DNA of 64,000 bases from Nemertoderma westbladi (GCA_032718475.1 JAUCBJ010007224.1:79649-143648), one strand, 5' to 3'; shown: positions 12,623 through 25,229, numbered from the stretch's first letter. The notes: generated by a model from the sequence alone, not told the origin. Translations and numbers: made by a program.

Positions 12623-13974
12623 TTAACTAACCATCGGTTCTGGATCAGATAGGAGGCCATTCTGGACAGCGCCACTCTCGGCGGCCTCGATATCGAACAT
12701 ATCGACATCCTGTAATAATTCCGTAGGAACTGCCGCGTCCATGCCAGCAGTACTCTCTGCTGCAATTTCATCCACCTCAGCATCCTGTACGACTTCAAGA
12801 TGAACACCCGCATCCATGTTTCCTACCCATATATATTTACACTCGTGGTAGAGTCTCATGATGCAGGTACTTTTCTGATGTGACCTCTTCCCGCAACGTC
12901 CTTGGCAATAGGAACACGTTTTGCGTCCCTTTCGTTTAGTTGGTTTAGTGAACTGAAAATAATTTATGTTGATTATATAATTAACTGTTAGTTACATAAA
13001 TATTTTAAAATAAACGATTTAAATGTTTAGTCTCAGTTTCAAAGTACCGAAATGCATTGTATTCCAGTAATTTCATTTGTACAATTGTTAGTTACCATTA
13101 ATAATTAAATACATATAATATTATTAATACCAAACTACAATAGTGAGTAATTCAACTAGGTTTCTGTATAATGTATTGAGTAAACTTACGATTTCTGGAC
13201 GGGAAGACGGACAGCCGGATGGTTGAGCGGCGTTCCTCCTACGGGTTGAATCTTTAGACCCGATACTGAGTACAGAACTGACACTACCGACAGTACCGAT
13301 ACTGCGAACAGAACCGAGACTACCGACAGACTCGATACTATCTACATCTGAACATTCAGACATAGCGTTACCTCTGATATCAGTTACGTCTTGCAGAGCT
13401 GATGATTTCTTCACCTTACGGGACGACGTTCCCTGTGGAAATAAAAATTAAATAATTAATTATACCAGTTAAATTATATCGTATAATATTATACACTAAA
13501 TGCAGCTGAACTAAACTGTAGGTTAATAATATTAATAAAAATAATAAAGTTACATTCTTCATCTATACAGAATAAACGCGGTAGTGAAGTGGGAATAGAC
13601 CACCAATTCAAGAAAATATCTCAATAAAATACCGATAATCAATATCATATAAATAAATATTATTATAGTAGTGTGGAATTCTAATAAAAATATCATTTGA
13701 TGTCGCAGTACATAATAGTATGTAATACATTGGGTAAGATTGTAACTAACCACGGAGCAATTTAAGAAATGATTTTTAACAAATTAAATAAATAATATAT
13801 ATTATTAAGATTATTTATAATATAGATACACTTACAATCTGAGGTTTAGAAGCTTGGCGGCCAGGACACTGTATACGATCTATGGGGCAGGTCGGATTCA
13901 ACAACGGTAGTAAATAACTCCGCTGCAACTGACATATGTACGTCCTCCGTAGGGTTAATAGCTTCCTGCAGAAC
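12623..13974 (-). CDS. Orphan spliced gene, last three exons (13836-13974, 13190-13432, 12623-12952), with Ser-rich segment, CCHC-like motif and acidic tail
   Basis: GTAAG donors at 13835 and 13189; TAG/CAG acceptors at 13975, 13433 and 12953. Exons join in one open frame: ...PQI|GTSSRK...RPEI|FTKPTKRKGRKTCSYCQGRCGKRSHQKSTC...EPMVS*. Confidence 0.55.
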
Positions 13975-14268
13975 CTAAACAATTAATTATAAATATTGAG
14001 TTTGAGATAATAAATATTTACTCTTTACGAATTTCAAATGCCGGTAGCAATAATTTATAATTAATATTAAGTAGTAAAAAATATGACGACATCTCAATTA
14101 ATTAATAGCTGTGTCACCTCGTCTATTCGGGTCTCCAGATTAATAATCATTATTTTGTAGAGATTTCGTGGTATTTGTTACATATTTTGTATACAAACAT
14201 TATATGTTCCAGTAACATAAGCACAAACATTATTGAAAGACACAGTGAGACATTGTAGGGATAGAGTA

Positions 14269-14765
14269 TTAACTAACCATCGGTTCAGACTCGGCCACGC
14301 GGCCGGACTGGGTCGAAATCGACCTCGGAACGAACGCTACGTATCGCTCGCTGTCCACACCGATATTTATGGCCCCAACTCGTCTCCTTGGGGGCGCGCA
14401 GTAACAACTCGGCGCATTTCGGTGCTGCGCACGATGGACATTTATCTCCATCTCTTCCATGTCTCTTATCGCCTCCAGGTTGATGTCGTTAACCTGCTGG
14501 CAATCATCCGACGATGTCAGTGACAGTAAATAGGCGGCGAACTGATTGCGGCCCTTCCGTACGGAAGAGCCACTGCCGACGAATACTTGGCCGTTCGGAG
14601 AGACATAAAGTCCGCCACGTGCTGTTTGAGATAAGGGGCTGAAATACCCCAGCCCGCAGCCGTAGCAACCGTAGAGAACTGCGCCAGTGGGTGGTTAGGT
14701 ATCTCCACCACATCCCGGTCAAGATCGTCCGCGACCTGGCGGAACCAACGCGTTGAATTGGGCAC
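14269..14765 (-). pseudogene. Disrupted terminal exon of a related orphan gene
   Basis: Acceptor TTTAG at 14766; GC-rich exon broken near 14517; ends with the same EPMVS* and identical ttaactaaccatcggttc as 12623. Confidence 0.4.
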
Positions 14766-15091
14766 CTAAATAATTTAAAAATAATAGATAGAAGAGTAAA
14801 AATAGAAGAAAAAAGAAACTAATATGTAAGATTCAATGAATTAATGGGGGAGAAGTCGGGGTGAAGAGTCAGGAGAGACCCTGGGAGGAGTGTTGGGGGG
14901 GGGGGGGGGGGGGGGGGAGGTGTGAAGATTGAAGATTCGGGAGAGACCCTGGGTGGAGTGTTGGGGGGTGTCGTAGATACTACTAATTAATTTATTGTGA
15001 TATTAGCACAGTTCTTGTTTTGGTTTATTGCTTATTTTGACGTTGACTGCAATCTGATAATCACTGCAGGTTTAACACTTTATTGTAATAG

Positions 15092-15395
15092 AGTGAGGTT
15101 GAGAACGAAGAAAGTGAAGGTCAAGAAGAGGATGAAGAAAGTGAAGGTCAGGAAGAGGGTGAAGAAAGCGAAGGTCAGGAAGAGAATGACGAAAGTGAAG
15201 AACAAGAAGAGGATGAAGAAAGTAAAGAACAGGAAGAGGATGAAGAAAGTGAAGGTGGGGAAGAGGATGAAGAAAGTGAAGGTCAGAAAGAGGATGAAGA
15301 AAGTGAAGGTCATGAAGAGAACGAAGAAAATAAGAAAAGTGATGAAGAAGAAGATGAAGAAAGTGAAGATCAGGAAAGTGAAGAAGAGGATATGA
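15092..15395 (+). repeat. 27-bp minisatellite, probably encoding an acidic EESEGQEED repeat
   Basis: About 10 copies of gaagaaagtgaaggtcaggaagaggat; the Glu/Asp-rich frame is open across the array. Confidence 0.75.
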
Positions 15396-16076
15396 TGACA
15401 ATTATAATAATGAGGAAATATTGAGACAATGACTTGGAAATAAGAATAAATTGCAGAAAACCCCAGTTTACTTTCTTGTTGCGATTACGCCAGTTTCCTT
15501 TCTTTTTACTACTTTTGCCTTATCCAGATGTCGAGTTCGTACCGGTTTGTCCTAATCCACGGTTGGGATTTCCCCTGTTTCCTTTCTTTTTACTTCTTTT
15601 GCTGTTATTTATTTGAGATCCATGGCTGGGATTTCCCAAGTTTTCTTCGGCTGATGGGTTGATGTAGTAGATATTATGATGTGGCTGAGCCGATGTAGTC
15701 CTCTCTAAGGACGAAACAAACGTAATCAAAGTGTATCAGTTCCAAGGGGAAATCAACGAAAACAACAGCTGATCTGATAGTTTTCGAAAATAAAACAGCA
15801 ACCTATTCCAATGACACAAGTTTATTGCTTAAGATATTTATTAACCTTGAAATTTTGAAACCTGCTACTCTCCATTAATTGATAATTTAACATTGAAAAG
15901 TCCCCCCCCCCCCCCCCTCCCGACCCCTTTCCTGTCTCCAAATTTGAAGTGTACACTGAGAAATATTATTGTTCATAGCATAACAGTAAGTAAAAATATT
16001 AAGTTTAGAAACATTTAGGTGTACAAACTGAAATACTGCGGATTCACGCAGTACCCAACCCGATCCACCATTCACC

Positions 16077-19000
16077 ATGGCGAATCAACACCTAAAGGCT
16101 CCACGCTTAGTTAAACTCACTACTCAGGAATCCATCACGTCATTCGAGTCCTGGCGCCAGACGTTGATTTATAGTCTGTCCCTCGACCCAGAGTTCGCGC
16201 GGTTTACCGCCGCTGGCGCAGTATGGGAGAAGGCTTCCCCTGCGAGTCCGACCCGGGGTCTCGTCGACGACGCCGCCGGTGTTCCGGACGCCCAACGACG
16301 TACCGCGCAGCAACAACTCGTCTCCCTCGAGTTCATGCTGGGCCAAATCGCCAATTACGCGCAGGTTATCGCGCGTAACACCATCGTACTAAAATCTACA
16401 TCTCTTTCATACGTCTGGCAAGCCCTCCGATTACATTACGGTTTTCAACGGACAGGCTCCCACTTCCTAGATCTCTCCACCATCCACCTCGAACACGAGG
16501 AACGCCATGAAGACCTTTTCCAACGTCTCGCAGCGTTCTTCGATGACAACCTCCTCTCACCCCTCGGGGGCATTACCCACCACGGCGAGCTCCCCGCCGC
16601 CGCCGAGGAGATATCCCCCACGGTGGAGAACTTCCTCGTGTTGACTTGGTTACGTCTCATCCACGAGGACTTACCGGCGTTGGTTAAGCAACGGTATGGC
16701 TGCGAACTTCGTTCCCGCACCTTGGCTTCCGTCAAGGCCGAGATCAGCCAGGCTATGCCGTCCCTCTTGGAGGAGCTCCGCGTGTCAGCCGACGTGCGCA
16801 CGTTCCGCTCCCAGACGACGGAGGTCGCCCCGCGCCACCCGAACCGTGCGCGCCAGCTGGACCGCCGTAGTTTACAACACCGCACACGACCTGCCCGGAT
16901 TTGCCCCCTGTGCAAGCAGGCGCAACGCAAGGAGTTCGACCACTTCCTCAGTACCTGCCCGTTCCTCCCCGATCAGGATAAACAGTTCCTCGTCCGGACT
17001 CGCGCCGTCGATATCGCCGATTCCGCCAGTTCCAATGACGAGTTCGAGCCCCCCGATGATTCCCCAATGAGTTACAACCAACCACCAGCGGCCCACCGAG
17101 TCGCTGTGATGCGTTCCCCCGTCTTAGAAGCCGATTATCAGTCCCGTCCACTTCGATTGCTACTCGACAGTGGCGCAGAATCCGATCTCATCCGGGAGGC
17201 GTTCGCCCGCCAGCTGGGCGTCCATATCTCCCCGAGTAGTTGCCAGGTTCCCGAACAGGCCGATGGACAGTCTAAGATGAAGGTTACCGGCGAAACGCGT
17301 TTTGTCGTCCACCGTGGCTCGACCCCCTTCGAGTTTAACGGTCTCGTCGTCCCGGAGCTCGGATGTCCCATCATTTGTGGAATGCCGTTCCTATACCGCA
17401 ATGATATAACGCTACGTCCCGCCCATATGACGATTACCCTGCCGGACGGCACCACAATACCCTTCGGAGGCCAGCACTCAACCTCCACGCGCCCGCGAAG
17501 ACCCGAGTCCACACTGATACGCGCAGCTACCCGGTCCGTCGTAGTCTGGCCAGACGCGGATCTCACTCTACCGGTAGCGAGTTCCGTGCCCCTCTTACTG
17601 GCACCCCACCATCCAACTACGTCTCCGAATGAGCCCTGGTTCCAACCGTTCCTTGCCGACGTGTGCGACGGTTCCGTCGCCATCCGCAACGCCACCCAGA
17701 TCCCCATCAGGGTCAAACGGAACTCTCACGTTTGCTTGGCAACACCCATCCAACCGGCGGCAATACCGACCGCTGCCGTTGACACAATCCCACTGCCTAC
17801 ATCGCGCTCTACCCGTCGCCCCAACCCCCGTTCCGTCGACGGCGTACGCTTAGACCCCGACAACATCCTCACCAGCGCTGAACGCCGCCAGTTTTCCGAC
17901 GTCCTCGCCGCGCACTCCACGGTATTCGAAGCCGAGTACCCCGGATACAACGGCGCCGCGGGCCCCTACGAAGCCGTTGTCAACATGGGACCAACTCTAC
18001 CCCCTCAACAGAAAGGACGCGTACCCCAATACGGCCGCAACCGCCTCGTCGAGTTGCAGGACCGGTTCGACGAACTCGAACAACGCGGTGTCTTCGCTAC
18101 ACCCGAACACGCAGGGGTACATGTGGAGTACCTCAGTCCCTCCTTCCTCGTAGCCAAACCCAACGGAGGAACTCGCCTCGTTACAGCCTTTAACGAGATT
18201 GCCCGGTATGCTAAACCCCAGCCATCACTCCTCCCTAGTGTCGAGTCTACCCTGCGCGAAATCGGCTCCTATAAGTTCCTCATCAAAACCGATTTAACGA
18301 GTGCGTTCTACCAGATCCCCATTAGTCGCAACTCCATGAAGTTCTGCGGCGTTGTTACACCGTTCCGCGGCGTACGAGTCTATACCCGCTGCGCCATGGG
18401 TATGCCCGGATCCGAGACCGCCTTGGAAGAACTGATGTGCCGTGTCCTTGGGGAACTTATCAAGCAGGGCACCGTCAGTAAACTCGCAGATGATTTGTAT
18501 TGTGGCGGCAACACGATATCCGAATTAGCTGCAAATTTTAACGCGCTACTCACAGCCCTCGCACGCTCTTCCTTACGTTTATCCCCCAAGAAGACCGTCA
18601 TTTGCCCGCATTCCACTACCATTCTTGGCTGGCAATGGACTGCTGGCTCCCTTACCGCGTCGTCTCATGTCGTTTCAGCCCTCGCAACCTGCGATAAACC
18701 TGACACTGTCCGGTCCCTCCGTTCCTTCCTGGGATCGTATAAAGTCCTCGCGCGCGTTCTCCCCCATTGCGCAGCACTTCTTTGCGACCTCGACGAACTC
18801 GCAGTCGGCGCTTCCGCCGATATCGTTCAGTGGACGGATCCTTCGACTTGTGCATTCCGGCGCGCTCAGGCCGCCTTGAAAACATGCCGTACTGTGGTTC
18901 TCCCACGGCCCTCCGACGAGCTGTTCATCGTCACCGACGCCGCCTCCAGCGTCGATGGACTCGGCGCTGTCTTATATATCCGCCGCGAGTCGAAACTCCT

Positions 19001-20435
19001 CGTCGCCGGGTTCTACTCCTCGAAGTTGCGAACCCATCAACGTACGTGGCTTCCTTGCGAATTGGAAGCACTCGCCATCGCCGCAGCTGTTCATCACTTC
19101 GCTCCCTATATCACTCACGCTACTACCCGCACGTCCGTTGTCACCGATAGTAAACCCTGCGTCCAGGCGTTCGCTAAACTTACTCGTGGGGCTTACTCCA
19201 ACAGTCCGAGACTCACTACCTTCCTCGCCACGGTGAGCCAGTTCTCCCTCCTCGTGGTCCATATCCAGGGTTCGCGCAACCTACCAGCCGACTTCCAAAG
19301 TCGCAGTATTCCCGAGTGTGTTAATCCACAGTGCCAGGTCTGCGACTTCGTTAATCAGCTCGCCGACGAACCCATCATCCGTACGGCGGGTCTCACCAAA
19401 GACCCCCCCCCTCCAGCGCGTCCCTTGTACGCCACCCGTAGTACCTGGCTCGTCACCCAGCAGGAATGCGCATCTATCCGTCGCGCCAAAGCGCACCTCG
19501 CACAGGGCACGCGTCCATCCAAGAAGGAAACGACCATCCGCGACGTTAAGCGGTACATCGGCTGCGCGTCCGTCGCCATGGACGGACTCCTCGTTGTTCC
19601 TCGACACACCGCGTCCTCGACTCCACGGGAAATGATCATTGTCCCTCGCCATGCGCTCCCTGGTCTCCTTACGTCACTGCACCTCGAGTTGCAGCACCCG
19701 TCGCGTACCCAGCTGCGCATTACGTTTCTGCGGTACTTCTACGCCCTCGACATGGAAGAAGCCATCACATCCATCCACTCGCAGTGCGCCCAATGCGCCG
19801 CGCTGCGTTCCGCCCCACGGCGATCCATCGAGCAGTCGTCCGGTGACCCTCCGGCCGCCATCGGAATCGCATTCGCTGCCGATGTCATCCGTCGCCATCG
19901 ACAGTTCACCCTCATCCTCCGCGAAACCGCCTCGTCGTACTCCGCTGCCATGTTCCTCTCTGATGAGCAACACACAACGTTGCGGGATGGCCTCCTCACG
20001 TTGTGCGTCGGTATGTGCCCCCTTAGCGGCCCCCACGCAGTCATTCGTACCGATCCCGCACCCGGATTCCGTGCGTTAGTCGGCGACAAAGTTTTATCTG
20101 CCCACCATATCCGTATTGAGTTGGGACGCGCCAAAAACAAAGACAAAAATCCGGTCGCGGAACACGCCGTCCGCGAATTAGAAGATGAACTCCTTAAACT
20201 CCATCCGTCCGGGGGACCCTACTCCGCTGTGTCTCTCGCCCTTGCCATCGCCCGGTTAAATGCGCGTATCCGGTCGCATCCGCCCGAGAAATCCTGCTCC
20301 AACGCGATCAGTTTACTGGCGCTCAACTCCCCCTCATCGACTCTGAGCTTATCGACCAGCAACATCGCCGTCGTTTGGCCAATCATCCCCATAGTACACA
20401 GTCCAAAAATCCGCATCCCAGTCGCTCCGCTATAG
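16077..20435 (+). CDS. Gypsy gag-pol polyprotein (frameshifted near 20280 in integrase)
   Basis: CPLC..HFLSTC knuckle; protease LLDSGA; RT KTDLTSAFYQI, AMGMPGS, KLADDLY; RNase H VTDAAS, CELEALA, TDSKP; integrase H..HP..CAQC, FAAD, RTDPA, NPVAE. Confidence 0.9.
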   Translation: MANQHLKAPRLVKLTTQESITSFESWRQTLIYSLSLDPEFARFTAAGAVWEKASPASPTRGLVDDAAGVPDAQRRTAQQQLVSLEFMLGQIANYAQVIARNTIVLKSTSLSYVWQALRLHYGFQRTGSHFLDLSTIHLEHEERHEDLFQRLAAFFDDNLLSPLGGITHHGELPAAAEEISPTVENFLVLTWLRLIHEDLPALVKQRYGCELRSRTLASVKAEISQAMPSLLEELRVSADVRTFRSQTTEVAPRHPNRARQLDRRSLQHRTRPARICPLCKQAQRKEFDHFLSTCPFLPDQDKQFLVRTRAVDIADSASSNDEFEPPDDSPMSYNQPPAAHRVAVMRSPVLEADYQSRPLRLLLDSGAESDLIREAFARQLGVHISPSSCQVPEQADGQSKMKVTGETRFVVHRGSTPFEFNGLVVPELGCPIICGMPFLYRNDITLRPAHMTITLPDGTTIPFGGQHSTSTRPRRPESTLIRAATRSVVVWPDADLTLPVASSVPLLLAPHHPTTSPNEPWFQPFLADVCDGSVAIRNATQIPIRVKRNSHVCLATPIQPAAIPTAAVDTIPLPTSRSTRRPNPRSVDGVRLDPDNILTSAERRQFSDVLAAHSTVFEAEYPGYNGAAGPYEAVVNMGPTLPPQQKGRVPQYGRNRLVELQDRFDELEQRGVFATPEHAGVHVEYLSPSFLVAKPNGGTRLVTAFNEIARYAKPQPSLLPSVESTLREIGSYKFLIKTDLTSAFYQIPISRNSMKFCGVVTPFRGVRVYTRCAMGMPGSETALEELMCRVLGELIKQGTVSKLADDLYCGGNTISELAANFNALLTALARSSLRLSPKKTVICPHSTTILGWQWTAGSLTASSHVVSALATCDKPDTVRSLRSFLGSYKVLARVLPHCAALLCDLDELAVGASADIVQWTDPSTCAFRRAQAALKTCRTVVLPRPSDELFIVTDAASSVDGLGAVLYIRRESKLLVAGFYSSKLRTHQRTWLPCELEALAIAAAVHHFAPYITHATTRTSVVTDSKPCVQAFAKLTRGAYSNSPRLTTFLATVSQFSLLVVHIQGSRNLPADFQSRSIPECVNPQCQVCDFVNQLADEPIIRTAGLTKDPPPPARPLYATRSTWLVTQQECASIRRAKAHLAQGTRPSKKETTIRDVKRYIGCASVAMDGLLVVPRHTASSTPREMIIVPRHALPGLLTSLHLELQHPSRTQLRITFLRYFYALDMEEAITSIHSQCAQCAALRSAPRRSIEQSSGDPPAAIGIAFAADVIRRHRQFTLILRETASSYSAAMFLSDEQHTTLRDGLLTLCVGMCPLSGPHAVIRTDPAPGFRALVGDKVLSAHHIRIELGRAKNKDKNPVAEHAVRELEDELLKLHPSGGPYSAVSLALAIARLNARIRSHPPEKSCSNAISLLALNSPSSTLSLSTSNIAVVWPIIPIVHSPKIRIPVAPL

Positions 20436-20929
20436 ATACTCCGTTAGAAGTAGGAGATATCGTCTACCTCCACGCCGATTCGCCGCAACTACAGGGCCGA
20501 CCCCGGTACATTGTAGCGACAACGGACCAATCCTGGGTAAGTGTCCGGAAGTTCGTCGGTCGCCAACTGCGTTCGCAGGCATATCGGGTTCCGCGGTCCG
20601 AATGTTACCGCGTACCCTACCGCGATACCTCGGTACCTGCAGTCGACGAACCCTCGTCCAACGACGATGACGAGGGGTCTGCGGGTCTACCTCCCCCGCA
20701 ACCAGCCGACACCGAACCGCCGGGTGAGCGACATTACCAGGCCGCTCCTCTGGTACCTTCTGTGCGTCCAACTACACCCCCTCCGGCACCAGCGCGCTCC
20801 CCGTCACCCTCTTCTTCCCTAGACGAGGTGTTCCTCGGGTTCGACGATGTGGACAACGTTCCTCCACACACCCGGCGTCCTCAGCGTCATACGCGCCCAC
20901 CAGACTACTATGGGTTTCCTCTACCATGA
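20280..20929 (+). pseudogene. Gypsy integrase C-terminal part (shifted frame)
   Basis: SAREILLQRDQFTG..LANHPHS..LEVGDIVYL..RRPQRHTRPPDYY, a typical integrase tail. Confidence 0.75.
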
Positions 20930-21371
20930 TTACACCACAATACTAAAGTTTTCCTATGTGTTTATGGTATCCCGTGCGTTACAGCGGCCATTACTATTGG
21001 TCCTTAGTTTGTTTGCATTATTTGCATCCCTTTAGTATAGTCCTTGTTTTGCCAGTCTGTTACAATCCGCTTTAAACTCGTCGTAGTATTTGAGAAACTG
21101 ACTGACCTTGTCCGTACGAAACTGAAAATAACTTAGTTAGACGTATTCAAGCGTTGTTCATTCTATTTGTAGTATTATTAGTAGGAAAGCCGATCGGTGG
21201 TTAAATGTCCTTATTTAATTGTGCATACAGTTGTAGTATAAAACGTACCATACCTATTCGCGAGAAACTGAAAGTAAGTTAGGTAGGCCTTACTTATCAT
21301 TAGTCAATGCCGGCACCCTTTTTATATTTGCAATTCATAAAAGGGCAGAACTATCTATCGAAAGGTAAAGT

Positions 21372-21392
21372 AGAAAGAAAGAAAAAAAGGGA
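21372..21392 (+). promoter_or_regulatory. Polypurine tract of the Gypsy element
   Basis: agaaagaaagaaaaaaaggga about 440 bp after the pol stop. Confidence 0.65.
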
Positions 21393-21700
21393 TCACGCCA
21401 GCCAACCGTCAAGCCGGTTGACAGACCTTGTGTGGTCACTAGTTAGATCACACCGGGTGACGTCATACTGCTAGGTGTAAGACCGGTCCCCCGGTGAGCA
21501 GGGATCAGACTATCTGATTACCTGGCTCTGCACACTTGCGGAGCTGTATCACCCTTACCCTGACTGCTGGATAGCAGACCTGCTCTGTTACCGTGATACT
21601 GCTTATGTGTATGACCGTATTGCTACTGTAGCCATTTACCTATGTTATATGTAACATTATTACCCGGTATCAGTTATACGTTAATACACCAGTTACCTAC
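21393..21700 (+). repeat. Candidate Gypsy 3' LTR
   Basis: Follows the PPT and ends where Helitron sequence begins. No partner LTR in the window, so boundaries are approximate. Confidence 0.45.
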
Positions 21701-23210
21701 GTGTCCGCGACACTTGTTCCTTTTACCCTCTGGCGTTGGGTTCTTATCCATTTCTTGTTCAGCAGTGGGATTATCATTGTCACAACCATCATCAGGAAAG
21801 ATCTCTCAGTATGCGCTGTTGTTCATTGGCTTCCTCCTATCCAATGTAATACTGCTTGCTGCATGTGTTCTAACAACAGTGGTATAGAATCAGCTCCATG
21901 CCAAGATGACATCGAATCCCACCAAGATTGACCATTTGAAGGAATGAGGTCGTGTGAAGATCGGAAAGGCTTGGTCAGGATTAAGGCAAGTTGAGCGTAT
22001 TTATCATGTTCCAATTCATTCCGTCTATCAGGCAACCGGGGGCCAATTATATCCGGAATTACATTGGTTTTTCATTTAACAACGCCATGAGTCAATCATT
22101 GTAGGTGTAGAATTCGGAATTTGAGAACTTCACCTGTTTTCCCCACAATAGAGACCTTCTCATACTGCTCCACAAAATCATACAGACTAACGTTGTCGAG
22201 TCCATCAGGGCGGTTGCAGTAGTCTTCCCACTGGGTGACTGATATGTATTCCCCAGTTTGGTGATCTCTTTCAAGCAGGGTCTCATATTCCTCCTTCTGA
22301 AGAATCGCATATGCTTGTGATAGGAGCAACGTTGAAAACCTATGTGATACATATGTTAGTTGCCCCTTCCATTCGATAAAGAAGGCAGCGAGAGGTGCAG
22401 ATATTTCCTGTTTACTACTGATCGTATAAACAATGCTGTTAAATCAGTTTCGCAGCAGCAGCGTGGGAATGAGACGTATTTAAGTCTTCCAAGGCTTTTT
22501 TCCGTCGAACGCTGCTAGGATCATCTCAGTCTGACTCTCCACACTTTGCTGAGCAAAGTTCTCGAGCAGCTCGAGTAACACAGGAACATAAGAGTTTATA
22601 TATTCGTTTCCTATGACTCTAGCGTGTTCCACTTGACCATCTTCGAAGGTTGTAATCTCCACTGGTCCTGTCGTGACATATTTGACAACATAAAACGCCA
22701 GAAGTGAACCAGCTGCACCAATGAGAATTCTGCAGTCATGATTACAACGAAGCAGCTCGAGTAACACAGGAACATAAGAGTTTATATATTCGTTTCCTAT
22801 GACTCTAGCGTGTTCCATATGTATCGATTGGAATGGATGTCTTTATAACAGTGTCGGCGAACTCAATTAACTTTCCCTTAGAATCTGAATCCAGATCTTT
22901 AAACTGATGCGAAGTGGCTGGGAAACCGTAAATCCAGATTAGGGAATGTAGATGTAAGGCGCCACGGCCTGCAGTTTCGGGAAGAGCAAAGAATGCCTAC
23001 GTATAACCGAAAAGGCCACGTTCATTTCCGCTCTCGTTAGCCAAATACCATTCGAGAACATTGCGAATTAAGTGCGTGACCAAGCGATTGAAATACTTTT
23101 CAGCCGCATGTGGCCTGTACCGAGCGCTGCAAACCGATCTACGGGTGTAGGGAAGTCATCCGTATCGTTGAACTGAACAGATATATCCTTCACATCGCCT
23201 CTGCATATTT
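21700..23210 (-). pseudogene. Helitron Rep relic
   Basis: HUH motif ETAGRGALHLHSLIWI (about 22930-22980); NSYVPVLLELLRCNHDCR..YVVKYVT; YAQLALILTKPFRS; many stops and frameshifts. Confidence 0.8.
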
Positions 23211-23289
23211 GAAAAGTAGAATAAAAATAATTATGAGTTTAGTTAATAATAATAAAATTCTTTAAATATATATAATAAAAGGGCGCTCA

Positions 23290-24070
23290 TTAACTAACCT
23301 ATTAAACCCGGGGGGGGGGGGGGTCAATATGACCTCCCCGCACCCGTGTTTTTTTTGTTATAAGTTATAACTCTGAAACGAACGCGTTGCGAATCTGACA
23401 TTTTATGACTTTTCCTAAAAATCTATTGTCTTCCCAATTGTGAAAACAGTTTTCAAAAATATTGGGAAGTCTTCGAGTTATAACACCATTATTTAACACA
23501 ACTTTTGGCACTTTTTTGAGACTTTTTTTGAAAATTACATTTCATGAAATATGATTTGTAACATCTCTATTTTCTATTTACACCGGCTTTTTGGTGTTTG
23601 CAATTAGATGGAATTCATATAAATTAATGTAGAAATTTCAAACTTGTTTTTTTCATCGGGTGCCAAATTTTGGTGCCAGTACCAAATTTTTAATTATGTC
23701 AAAGTTGAAAATTGATTGTTTGAACCTGTTTTTTACACAATTGGGGTTTTTTGGGGTTCTGGTTTCAATGGAATATATACGAGTTGCACCAGGCGTATCA
23801 AACTTGTATTTTTCGGTGCTGTGTGCTAAATTTGGTGCCAGCACGAAATTCTGAAAATCCATTCAATTGCTTGTGACACCTTATTTCTCGCGTTTTAGAG
23901 GTTTATGGCGTAAGAGTTTTTGTATTTTTCGGGTTAAAATTGTTGTACCAGCACCAAATTTTTAAAAATAAGCAAATTTATCAACATATATTATCACATT
24001 TAAAACAGCACTATCTCAAACCTGTACTATTTCGTCATGGATACGAAATTTGGTGCTAGCACCAAATCTT
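23290..24070 (+). mobile_element. Non-autonomous DNA transposon fragment with palindromic subrepeats
   Basis: Poly-G/GGTCAATATGACC terminus; repeated AAATTTGGTGCxAGCACCAAATT palindromes; related in inverted orientation to 45440-45800. Confidence 0.6.
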
Positions 24071-24499
24071 TATAAAAGAAATCCAAACATAACCTTATAC
24101 AACGCCGATTTATGACCATGTATTAAAATTAAACTGTATGCTAATCCAATGCTCGTTTACTTTGTGGCTCGCCCTACATTTTAGAAATAAATGTATACCA
24201 TGTCCCGGTATACCATGTCATCTGAATTCCAGTCAGACAATAAATGTGAACTATGCCGTAAGAGAAGTTCATCGTCGCATCCTCACATTCGTTGTAACAT
24301 CTGCGCTTGCGTTGCAGATATTACGTCACCTGCAAATATAATTAACCAAAAAAAATATAATTAAATAATCATAAAAAATTACTCACTACATTTCAATATA
24401 CTGCGTAGCAAAAATCGTCATATCAAATAATAAGTGACAGAATAGATCTGCAATAATAAATGTATAAGAAAGAGGAAATAGTTGTCCCATGATACGTAT

Positions 24500-24640
24500 G
24501 GGGACGTTCATAAAGTATGTCAAGCAAATTTCCCCGATGTTTGACACCCCCCCCCCCCCATCTCTGTCACAAGGTGTCACGCAAGCTCCCCCATCTGTCA
24601 CAATAGTAAATTTATAATACCCAGCCCCCGAGACAAAAAA
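24500..24640 (+). mobile_element. Possible MITE terminus
   Basis: GGGGACGTTCATAAAGTATGTCA..poly-C..GTCACA pattern typical of non-autonomous DNA transposon ends. Confidence 0.35.
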
Positions 24641-25229
24641 TATTTATGTCAATAATACACAATGTTTGTTATGCCAAAATACAACATCGGATTTCCCATA
24701 TCACATTTCACACGGACAAGTCAAGTGTTCATCTATATATTAATAACAGGTATTACAGAGTCGGAGTCAATGGATGCTATGTCCTCCCCAATAATCGAGG
24801 GTGGCGCTAAATATTCATCGTTTGTTATGCCAAAATACAATATAAATTCAATCACTATCTACATTTTACAAGTCAAGTGTTCTTATTCTATATTAATAAC
24901 AGGTATTACAGCGTTGGAGTCAATGGCTTCTATGTCCTACTCAATTTATCTATTATACTCAATGTCATATGTCATATCATGTCAAATGTCATATTGTATA
25001 ATGCGGCAGCAATATTTCTTCTTAACTCCAAGAGTGTAGCAGCAAGATTTACAACTTCAGTGAGTTTACAAACACTAACACAGGTGTCCGTAGGGAGAAC
25101 ACTGATATTTTGTCGATGCTTATCTTTGCATATCGATATCGATATCGATGTCATATCATGTCAAATGTCATATTGTATAATGCGGCAGCAATATTTCTTC
25201 TTAACTCCAAGAGTGTAGCAGCAAGATTT

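Larger units (their letters stand above)
16077..21700 (+). mobile_element. Ty3/Gypsy LTR retrotransposon (5' LTR missing)
   Basis: gag-PR-RT-RH-IN order; purine tract at 21372-21392 followed by a candidate 3' LTR. Confidence 0.9.

Noticed and set aside
14997-15401. Lys-rich, His/Leu-rich and Phe-rich ORFs
   Set aside because: Alternative-frame readings of the 27-bp purine minisatellite.
16140-20822. Many overlapping or antisense ORFs in the Gypsy element
   Set aside because: Expected shadow ORFs in GC-rich coding DNA; no recognisable motifs.
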